18,100 nt of DNA, taken from the NCBI GenBank assembly GCA_040901985.1, contig JBBDYC010000003.1, forward strand, positions 106,333 to 124,432, written 5' to 3'. This document shows, in pieces, positions 7,387 through 14,757 of this stretch. Each line of letters starts with the position of its first letter. The first letter of the stretch is position 1. The notes beneath the pieces were generated by a model that did no database searches, was not told where the DNA came from, and worked only from the letters and a program-made list of their open reading frames with translations. This stretch comes from Gemmatimonadaceae bacterium. GTDB taxonomy: Bacteria; Gemmatimonadota; Gemmatimonadetes; Gemmatimonadales; Gemmatimonadaceae. The translations under genes and the position numbers were made by a program.

Positions 7387-8393
7387 AGGAGGCCGTTCCG
7401 CTGGGCGAAGGTGGCCACCGCGCCGATCACGCCCGCGTTCCCCTGCAGCGTCCCCGGCACGATCCGGCAGGCGTCCACCGCCGGCTTGAAGGCGCGACGG
7501 CGGACCTCGGCGCGGATCGGTTCGAAGAGCGCGTCCCCCGCCTGCGTCACGCCGCCGGCGAGTACGACCACTTCGGGATTGAAGATGTTCACCAGGTTGG
7601 CGACGCCGGCGCCGAGGAGGCGCGCGGTCTCGCGCACGACCTCAAGCGCGAGTCGGTCGCCCGCGGTGGCGGCCTCGTACACTGTCGCCGCGGTCAGCCG
7701 CGTCAGGTCGCCGCCGACGAGCGCCGGCATCGCACTCGGCTCGCCCCCCGCCAGCGCCTCGCGCGCCCGCTCGGCGATGGCCGGCCCCGAGGCATAGGCC
7801 TCGAGACATCCATAATTGCCGCATTTGCACCGACGACCGGTGGAATCAATCGTCGAATGCCCGAGTTCGCCGGCGACGTCGCTCGCGCCGTGGTAGAGGC
7901 GGCCGTCGAGGATGAGGCCGCCGCCGATCCCGGTGCCGATCGTGAGTCCCACCACGTGCCGGGCTCCCTTGGCCGCGCCGAGCCACCACTCGCCAAGCGT
8001 GGCGCAGTTGGCGTCGTTGTCGAGCGTGGCGGGGAGGCGCACCGCCGCCTGCACCCGGTCGCGCAGCGGGAAGTTCCGCCAACCGAGGTTCGGCGTGATG
8101 ATGACGATCCCGCGCTCGCGGTCGAGCGGCCCCGGCGACCCGATGCCGACGCCGAGGAAGTCGCTGCGGTTGGCGCCGGTGGCCGCCGACGTGTCGGCGA
8201 TCACGCGCTCGATCTGCTCGACGATTCGCGCGACGACTGCGTCGGCGCCGAGGTCGGCGCGGGTGGGGACCATCTGCATCCCGAACTGGCGGGAGCCGTC
8301 GGCAGTGAGGGCGCCGACCACGAGATTGGTGCCGCCGAGGTCCACGCCGATGATCAGGCGGGGGTCGGTCGGGGGGGTGGTGCGCGTCGGCAT
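7383..8393 (-). CDS. ROK-family sugar kinase (glucokinase-like)
   Basis: 'IGVDLGGT', 'GIGSPG', 'DNDANCATLGE', 'TIGTGIGGG', 'AGELGH' and Zn motif 'CKCGNYGCLE'. No N-terminal HTH, so kinase rather than repressor. Likely ATG at 8393 (MPTRTT...), because the longer ORF overlaps the divergent kinase gene. Confidence 0.93.
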   Translation of the reverse strand: MPTRTTPPTDPRLIIGVDLGGTNLVVGALTADGSRQFGMQMVPTRADLGADAVVARIVEQIERVIADTSAATGANRSDFLGVGIGSPGPLDRERGIVIITPNLGWRNFPLRDRVQAAVRLPATLDNDANCATLGEWWLGAAKGARHVVGLTIGTGIGGGLILDGRLYHGASDVAGELGHSTIDSTGRRCKCGNYGCLEAYASGPAIAERAREALAGGEPSAMPALVGGDLTRLTAATVYEAATAGDRLALEVVRETARLLGAGVANLVNIFNPEVVVLAGGVTQAGDALFEPIRAEVRRRAFKPAVDACRIVPGTLQGNAGVIGAVATFAQRNGLL

Positions 8394-8400
8394 GCCTTCG

Positions 8401-8458
8401 AATCTAACCGTCGCCAGCCCGACGATCGCTGGCCGCTGGGGCGGCCGAGGCGTAGGTT
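8401..8458. promoter_or_regulatory. Divergent promoter region between ROK operon and Ser/Thr kinase
   Basis: Minus-strand TAGATT (8406-8401) ends 7 nt before the ROK ATG. Plus-strand TAGGTT (8453-8458) is about 50 nt before the kinase ATG at 8509. The -35 matches are weak. Confidence 0.4.
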
Positions 8459-8508
8459 CATTCCGCGCCTGATGGTCAGGCGGCTTGGCGGTCCCCCGCA
8501 AACCCAAC

Positions 8509-11217
8509 ATGGATCCGCTTTCGCAACTCACCACGGCCCTCGCCGGCCGGTACGAGATCGAACGCGAGATCGGCGCCGGCGGGATGGCGACGGTCTATCT
8601 CGCGCGCGACGTGAAGCACAGCCGGCGCGTGGCGCTCAAGCTCCTCAAGCCCGAGCTCGGCGCGGTGCTCGGTGTCGAGCGGTTCCTGAGTGAGATCGCC
8701 GTCACGGCCAACCTGCAGCATCCGAATCTCCTGCCGCTGTTCGACAGCGGCGAGGCCGCCGGCCTGCTCTTCTATGTGATGCCGTTCGTGGACGGCGAGT
8801 CGCTGCGCGCGCGGCTCGAGCGTGAGAAGCAGCTGCCGGTGGACGAGGCCGTGCGGATCGCCGTGGCGATCGCCGGCGCGCTCGACTACGCGCACCAGCA
8901 CGGCGTGATCCACCGCGACCTCAAGCCGGAGAATATCCTGTTGCAGGCGGGGCAACCGGTGATTGCCGATTTTGGCATCGCCCTCGCCGTGAGCAACGCG
9001 GGTGGCGCGCGCGTCACGCAGACCGGACTCTCGCTCGGCACGCCGCAGTATATGAGCCCCGAGCAGGCGACTGGCGACCGGGCGATCGATGCGCGCACCG
9101 ACATCTACTCGCTCGCCGCTATGACGTACGAGATGCTCACTGGCGAGGCGCCGCACACGGGGACGACGGCGCAGGCGATCATCGCGAAACTGATGACGGA
9201 GGAGGTGCGGTCACTCAGTGTGTTGCGGCGGTCCGTGCCGCCCCACGTGGATGCGGCGGTGCGGCACGGGCTGGAGAAGTTGGCGGCGGATCGGTTTGCG
9301 ACGGCGGGGGAGTTTTCGCTGGCACTCACCGGGGCACGGCCGTACGTCGCGACGGGAATGACGGGGCGATTTGCGCGTGAAGAGCAGGGCGCATCACCGC
9401 CCGCACTCCCTCGGCGCACCCGAGTGCTTATTGGAGCGCTGGCGCTCGTCGCGCTCGCCGGCACCCTGAGCGCGGCGTGGCTGGCCACTCGGTCTGCCCC
9501 TCCCGCCGTCCTGATGCGCTTTCCGCTTGGCTTGCCGGAGGGCGTCCGCGTCTTCACAGGCGGAGGGACGAAGCTCGCGGTCACACGCGACGGGCGGGCG
9601 ATCGCGATTGCCGGCTTGAGCTCGGGTCAGATGGGGATCTACTTGCGACGCGCGGACGACCCCGTCGCGACGCTCGTGCGCGGAACCACTCAGCTTCCCT
9701 CGGGGGCCGGAATGAACCCGGAGTTCTCCCCAGACGGCGAGTGGATCGTCTTCAGCGGCACTGACGGACTGCGAAAGGTACCTGCCATCGGTGGCACGCC
9801 ACAGACCCTGACGGATGCGGGGGGCGGAGGGCCCAGTTGGGGGGATGCCGGCGAGATCCTTTACCCGCGGGGCAACGACCTCTGGATCGTGAGTTCAGAG
9901 GGCCGAGACGAGCGACTCGTTGCCACGCCCGACACGGCGGCCGGTTTCACCCGCTTCCGCTGGCCGAGCGTGCTTCCCGGCGGACGCTACGCCCTCGTTG
10001 CGATGGGGCGTGGCATCGCGGGGAATGTGGTGGACTCGCTCTTCCTCGGCGTCGTCTCGCTCCGCGACGGAAGCGTCACCGATCTGGGGATCCAGGGGAC
10101 CGACCCGACCTATGTACGGTCCGGGCATCTGCTCTTTGTCCGCGATGGTGGGCTTGTGTTCGCTGCCCCATTCTCGCTGAGCGACCGGAAAGTCACGGGG
10201 CCGGCGGTGCGGATTCTCGAGAACACCTGGCTCGGCACGGGGGGCGCCGGCGGCTACGCCGTGTCGGACCACGGCACGCTCGTCTCGCACAGCGGGGGAT
10301 CGGGCGGGTCAGGGCTCGCCAGCGAGTTGATCGTGGTTTCCCGAACGGGCGTTCCGCGCGCGATTCCCGGAGGCGAGATGCCCTTCTGGGCGCCCCGCGT
10401 CGCGCCGGACGGGCGACGGATCTCCGTGACGCTCGACCAGTCCATCGAGCTCTCTGGGAGTATAGCGATCATCGATCCGACAACTGGCGCGCGCCAGCGG
10501 CTCACCGACGTGAGTGGCGGCCAATTCGGGGAGTGGACGCGCGACGGCCGCCGCGTCGTCTTCGTCCGCGGCGCACCCGGGGGGCGCGAGTTTGTCTCCC
10601 GCGCCTGGGACCGGAGCAGCGCCGATCAGGTGCTCGGCGCGGATTCCTCGCGTTTCGTCTTCGAACTGAGCATCGGCCCGCACAACGGCCTGAGCGCCCT
10701 GCGCGGGATCAGCGGCACCAACCGCAACATCTACCTCGCGCCCACCGACACCCTCGGCACAATGCGCGTGATTGTCGAGACGCCGGCCAACGAACGCCAC
10801 CCGGCGATCTCCGCCGACGGTCGGTGGCTGGCCTACACCTCGGACGAATCGGGCCGCGACGAGATCTACGCGCAGCCGATCCCCGGCCCCGGGCCGCGGC
10901 TCCAGATCTCCGTGAATGGCGGAACGGAGCCGCTCTGGTCGCGCACCGGAACGACGATTTATTTCCGCGGACCGCAGAAGATCATGTCCGTCCCGCTCGG
11001 CGGGTCACCTCTTCAAGTGATCCGGCGCGATTCGCTCTTCGTAGATTCGTATACCGAGAACGTGTCATCGCGGTTCTGGGACATCTTCCCGGACGGCCAG
11101 AGCTTCCTGATGTTGAAGGCGCCGACGCGCCTGGAGATCTCGACGGTGGATGTGCTGCTCAACTGGACGACGCTCCTCGACCGGTCCTCGTCGCCCGCGG
11201 GTGCCGTCCGGCGCTGA
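8509..11217 (+). CDS. Membrane Hanks-type Ser/Thr protein kinase with C-terminal TolB-like (PD40/WD40-like) beta-propeller
   Basis: GAGGMATV, VALK, HRDLKPEN, DFG, GTPQYMSPE, DIYSL. One TM segment (VLIGALALVALAGTLSAAWLA), then propeller blades 'PEFSPDGEWIVF', 'PRVAPDGRRI', 'PAISADGRWLAYTSDESGRDEIY'. Likely ATG at 8509. Confidence 0.93.
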   Translation: MDPLSQLTTALAGRYEIEREIGAGGMATVYLARDVKHSRRVALKLLKPELGAVLGVERFLSEIAVTANLQHPNLLPLFDSGEAAGLLFYVMPFVDGESLRARLEREKQLPVDEAVRIAVAIAGALDYAHQHGVIHRDLKPENILLQAGQPVIADFGIALAVSNAGGARVTQTGLSLGTPQYMSPEQATGDRAIDARTDIYSLAAMTYEMLTGEAPHTGTTAQAIIAKLMTEEVRSLSVLRRSVPPHVDAAVRHGLEKLAADRFATAGEFSLALTGARPYVATGMTGRFAREEQGASPPALPRRTRVLIGALALVALAGTLSAAWLATRSAPPAVLMRFPLGLPEGVRVFTGGGTKLAVTRDGRAIAIAGLSSGQMGIYLRRADDPVATLVRGTTQLPSGAGMNPEFSPDGEWIVFSGTDGLRKVPAIGGTPQTLTDAGGGGPSWGDAGEILYPRGNDLWIVSSEGRDERLVATPDTAAGFTRFRWPSVLPGGRYALVAMGRGIAGNVVDSLFLGVVSLRDGSVTDLGIQGTDPTYVRSGHLLFVRDGGLVFAAPFSLSDRKVTGPAVRILENTWLGTGGAGGYAVSDHGTLVSHSGGSGGSGLASELIVVSRTGVPRAIPGGEMPFWAPRVAPDGRRISVTLDQSIELSGSIAIIDPTTGARQRLTDVSGGQFGEWTRDGRRVVFVRGAPGGREFVSRAWDRSSADQVLGADSSRFVFELSIGPHNGLSALRGISGTNRNIYLAPTDTLGTMRVIVETPANERHPAISADGRWLAYTSDESGRDEIYAQPIPGPGPRLQISVNGGTEPLWSRTGTTIYFRGPQKIMSVPLGGSPLQVIRRDSLFVDSYTENVSSRFWDIFPDGQSFLMLKAPTRLEISTVDVLLNWTTLLDRSSSPAGAVRR

Positions 11218-12044
11218 TGCGACTGTCCGTCGTCTTCTCCACCTACAACCAACCCGCCTGGCTCGAGAAGGTCCTCTGGGGCTTCGAAGCACAGACCTTC
11301 CGCGAGTTCGAAGTGCTCGTCGCCGACGACGGCTCCGACGCGCCGACGCGCGAGGTGATCGAGCGGATGACCGCGCGGGTCCGCTACCCGCTCCGCCACG
11401 TCTGGCAGCCCCACGAGGGGTTCGGGAAGTGCCGGATCCTGAACGAGGCAATCGCGCACTCGGTCGGCGAATACCTCTTCTTCACCGACGGCGACTGCAT
11501 CCCGCGCGCGGATCTCCTTGCCGTACACGCGGAGAATGCCCAGCGCGGTGCGTTCATCTCCGGCGGGTACCTCAAGCTGCCGCTCGAGACCAGCCAGCGG
11601 ATCACGCCGGAGGACATCCTCGAGGGACGCGCGACGGACTACGGCTGGCTGCGCGCCAATGGCGCGCCCCTGACACGACGGCTCGTCCGGTTCCGATGGG
11701 GGCCGAGAACGTCGAGGGTGCTCGACGCGCTCACGCCGACCGGCGCGACGTTCAACGGCCACAACTCGTCGGTCTGGCGCGCCGATCTCTTTGCCGCCAA
11801 CGGCTTCGACGAACGCCTGCAGTGGGGCGGACTCGACCGCGAGCTCGGTGAGCGGTTGGAGAATGCCGGCGTGCGCGGGCGACAGTTCCGGCATCGGGCG
11901 CTGGTGGTGCATCTCGATCATCCGCGCGGATACAGGAACGCGGCGGGGATCGCGGCGAATCGGGCAATCCGGGATGACGTGGCCGCCAAGAAGTTGACGC
12001 GGGCGGCGGTGGGGTTGGATCGGCACACCGGGGCGCCCGGCTAG
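11217..12044 (+). CDS. Glycosyltransferase family 2 with GT7-C-like C-terminal region
   Basis: ATG at 11217 overlaps the kinase stop (TGATG). Motifs 'SVVFSTYN', 'ADDGS', DxD 'FTDGDC', 'NGFDERLQWGGLDREL..RL..AG', 'HLDH'. The true CDS is the last 275 aa of the 9837..12044 ORF. Confidence 0.9.
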   Translation: MRLSVVFSTYNQPAWLEKVLWGFEAQTFREFEVLVADDGSDAPTREVIERMTARVRYPLRHVWQPHEGFGKCRILNEAIAHSVGEYLFFTDGDCIPRADLLAVHAENAQRGAFISGGYLKLPLETSQRITPEDILEGRATDYGWLRANGAPLTRRLVRFRWGPRTSRVLDALTPTGATFNGHNSSVWRADLFAANGFDERLQWGGLDRELGERLENAGVRGRQFRHRALVVHLDHPRGYRNAAGIAANRAIRDDVAAKKLTRAAVGLDRHTGAPG

Positions 12045-12047
12045 ATC

Positions 12048-12089
12048 TCATCGCCGCGCGATCACCGCCGCGTGATCATCGCCGCGTGA
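12048..12089. repeat. Three tandem 14-bp copies (TCATCGCCGCGCGA / TCACCGCCGCGTGA / TCATCGCCGCGTGA)
   Basis: Read directly at 12048-12061, 12062-12075 and 12076-12089. The third copy contains the stop codon of the CNNM gene. Confidence 0.9.
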
Positions 12090-13386
12090 TTAATGCCTCG
12101 TGCACGCCGTGCCCTCGCAGCCGCAGCACCTGCACCCGCGCCTCCTCGTACTCCACGACATCCCCCACCTTCGGCGGCCGCCCAAGCAGCGCGAGCACGA
12201 GGCCGCTCACCGTCTCCACCTCCGGGTGCTCGATCACCGCGCCGAGCGCGGCACCGGCGTCGGTGACGCGCACGGTCCCCGCCACGATGAACCCGCCCCC
12301 CTCGCGGGGCCGGATCTCCTTCGGCGAGGTCACGTCCTCGGTGAGTTCGCCGACGACCTCCTCCAGAAGGTCCTCGAGCGTGATGATCCCCGCGGTGCCG
12401 CCGTGCTCGTCCATCACCACGACCATCTGCGCCCGGTGCGTGCGCATCGCCGCGAGTACCTCCTCGGTCTTCGCCGTCTCCGGCACAAACGGCACCGGGC
12501 GCGCCGGAAGCGCGGCGACGGTCGTCCCTGGCGGCAGTCCGCCGAGCAGGTCCTTTACGTGCAGCATCCCGACGATATGGTCGAGGTCGCCGGCGATGAC
12601 GGGGTACCGCGTGTGCGGCGACGCGTCGAGGCGCGCCCGCACCTCGTCGGGGCCGTCGTCGAGATCGAGCCCCACGACGCGCACGCGCGGCACCATCACC
12701 TGCTCGGCGGTCAGGTCGCTGAACTCGAGCAGCTCCTGCACCACGGTCGCGGACTCCCGGCGCAGCATCCCGCCGGCCTGGCTCTCCCGGACGATATAGG
12801 CGAGCTCGTCCGGCGTCCGCACCGATTCGCGGCTGCTCCCGCTCCGCCGGATCCCCAGCACGCGAATCACGCCGTTGCCCATTCCGTTGAGCACGACCAC
12901 CAGCGGGAAGAGCGTGAGCTGGACGATCCGCATCACCGGCGCGATCCACAGCACGGCGCGGTCGGCGCGCTGCAGCGCGATGGACTTCGGCACCATCTCG
13001 CCGATGACGATATGGAAGTACGTGAGGACGGCAATCGCGGTGACGCTGCCGAGGGAGTGGGCGGCGATCCATTGGCCCGCGCCGAGCGCCTCGAACCGCA
13101 CCGCCAGCCAGGCGGCCAGCAGGTGCTCGCCATACATCCCGAGGCCGAGGCTGGCGAGGGTGATCCCGAGTTGCGCGGTGGCGATGAAGCGGTCCACCTC
13201 GCGCTGGTCGCTCAGGATGCGGTGGACCATCCGGGCCGACCAGTTGCCTGCCTGCGCGAGGCGATCGATGGTCGCCCGCGGGGCCCCCACGATCGCGAAC
13301 TCGGCGGCCACGAAGAGGCCGTTGAGCAGGATCAGGACGGTGACGATGACCGTGGGCATCGCGGCGGCGGCGAATGCGTCACCCAT
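12076..13386 (-). CDS. Hemolysin-family/CNNM (DUF21 + CBS pair + CorC_HlyC) membrane protein, copy 2
   Basis: 'LNGLFVAAEFA', 'AQLGITLASLGLG', 'IVIGEMVPKSIA', 'VMVPRVRV', 'HTRYPV', 'VMDEHGGTAGIITLEDLLEEVVGE', 'ETVSGLV'. Confidence 0.93.
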   Translation of the reverse strand: MGDAFAAAAMPTVIVTVLILLNGLFVAAEFAIVGAPRATIDRLAQAGNWSARMVHRILSDQREVDRFIATAQLGITLASLGLGMYGEHLLAAWLAVRFEALGAGQWIAAHSLGSVTAIAVLTYFHIVIGEMVPKSIALQRADRAVLWIAPVMRIVQLTLFPLVVVLNGMGNGVIRVLGIRRSGSSRESVRTPDELAYIVRESQAGGMLRRESATVVQELLEFSDLTAEQVMVPRVRVVGLDLDDGPDEVRARLDASPHTRYPVIAGDLDHIVGMLHVKDLLGGLPPGTTVAALPARPVPFVPETAKTEEVLAAMRTHRAQMVVVMDEHGGTAGIITLEDLLEEVVGELTEDVTSPKEIRPREGGGFIVAGTVRVTDAGAALGAVIEHPEVETVSGLVLALLGRPPKVGDVVEYEEARVQVLRLRGHGVHEALITRR

Positions 13387-14713
13387 TGGTCGCCTCCGGC
13401 CGTCGCGGCGTCACCAGGAGCGATTCAATCGCGCGTCCGCGCATCTTCTCGACCGTGATCTCAACGCCATCCACCGTCAGGCGGTCGCCGAGGACGGGGA
13501 GACGGCCGAGGCGCTCCATCACCAATCCGGAGACGGTGTAGGCGTCGGCTTCCCAGAGCACGCCGACCCACGGGGCGGCGATGTCGAGCCGCACCGTGCC
13601 GGGGAGACGCACACGGCCGTCGGGAAGGCGCTGCGGCAGCGTGTCGCCGAGCTTGAACTCGTCGGCCGTCTCGCCGAGCAGTTCGTCGAGCATATCGCCG
13701 ACCGTGATGAGCCCGGCCGTGCCGCCGAACTCGTCCGCCACCATCGCCAGCGCCTTGCGCTCCCCGCGGAGCTTTTCCAACAGGCGGTCGGCGGTCATAC
13801 TCTCGGGCACGATCAGCACCGGGCGCACGAGGTCGCGGAGCGACGCGGGTGCGGTGTCTCCGGCGTCGGCGGTCGAGCGGCCGACGAGGCGCCGCGCGAC
13901 GTCGCGGATGTGCAGCACGCCGATCACGTGGTCGAGCGAACCCTCGTACACGGGGAGGCGGGAGTACGGGGTGCGCCGCATCAGCTCGACGACTTCGGCC
14001 CACGGGGCGTCCACGTCCACGCCGACGACGCGCAGGCGCGGCACCATCATCTCGGCGGCGGCGCGCATCCCGAGGCGCAGGGCCTGGCGCAGCCGGGTGG
14101 ACTCCGCCGGGTCGAGGGTCCCGCCGGCGCGGCTCTCGGCAATGAGATACTCAATCTCGGCCGGGGAGTGGATGTGGCGGTGGCCGCTCGCCGGCATCCC
14201 GATCAGCCGAAGGACGAAGACTCCGCTCCCATTCAGGACCGCGATCAGCCCGCGCATCAGGCGCATGGACCACTCGAGCGGCCAGACGGTGAAGCGGGCC
14301 ATCGGTGTGGGGTACTGCAGGGCGATGGACTTCGGCACCAGCTCGCCGAGCACCATCTGGAGCGCGGTGAGGAGGATCAGCACCACGCCGGCCGACGCGC
14401 TCTGGGCGGCGGCGAACTGCAGCCCGCCGAAGCGCTCAAAGAGCGGAATCAGGTCCACCGCGAGCGTCGCCTGGCCGTAGGCGCCGAGGACGAGACTCGA
14501 GATGGTGATCCCGATCTGGCAGGCCGCGATGTACCGGTCGAGACGGGCCCCGTCCATCACGATCGGGAGCATCCGCTTGGCGAGCCGGTCGCCGTTCTCG
14601 GCGAGCTGATGCAACCGGCTGCGTCGGACGCTGACGGCGGAGAACTCCGCCGCCACGTACAGCGCGTTCACGAGGATCAGGGCGGCGATCACCGCCGCGA
14701 CGATCAGGCTCAT
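13379..14713 (-). CDS. Hemolysin-family/CNNM (DUF21 + CBS pair + CorC_HlyC) membrane protein, copy 1
   Basis: 'VNALYVAAEFS', 'CQIGITISSLVLG', 'VLGELVPKSIA', 'MMVPR', 'YSRLPVY', 'DEFGGTAGLIT', 'YTVSGLV'. Overlaps copy 2 by 8 nt. Confidence 0.93.
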   Translation of the reverse strand: MSLIVAAVIAALILVNALYVAAEFSAVSVRRSRLHQLAENGDRLAKRMLPIVMDGARLDRYIAACQIGITISSLVLGAYGQATLAVDLIPLFERFGGLQFAAAQSASAGVVLILLTALQMVLGELVPKSIALQYPTPMARFTVWPLEWSMRLMRGLIAVLNGSGVFVLRLIGMPASGHRHIHSPAEIEYLIAESRAGGTLDPAESTRLRQALRLGMRAAAEMMVPRLRVVGVDVDAPWAEVVELMRRTPYSRLPVYEGSLDHVIGVLHIRDVARRLVGRSTADAGDTAPASLRDLVRPVLIVPESMTADRLLEKLRGERKALAMVADEFGGTAGLITVGDMLDELLGETADEFKLGDTLPQRLPDGRVRLPGTVRLDIAAPWVGVLWEADAYTVSGLVMERLGRLPVLGDRLTVDGVEITVEKMRGRAIESLLVTPRRPEATNG

Positions 14714-14757
14714 ATGTCCCTAGGAGAGTAGCCCGCCGAGGGGCGTTCCGCGAGTGC

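Noticed and set aside
8371..8377. G7 homopolymer near the 5' end of the ROK gene as a phase-variation tract
   Set aside because: Short run, expected by chance at this GC content. The frame is intact.
9837..11216. 735-aa ORF suggesting a large GT2 fusion or frameshifted kinase-GT product
   Set aside because: The upstream part is an off-frame shadow of the kinase gene. GT2 homology starts exactly at ATG 11217, and I see no slippery site.
12048..12089. Possible mini-CRISPR array
   Set aside because: The 14-bp units are directly adjacent with no spacers, and there are no cas genes.
12062..14731. Long antisense or off-frame ORFs (12062..13072, 12100..13458, 12875..14731)
   Set aside because: Shadows of the two CNNM genes with no recognisable domains.
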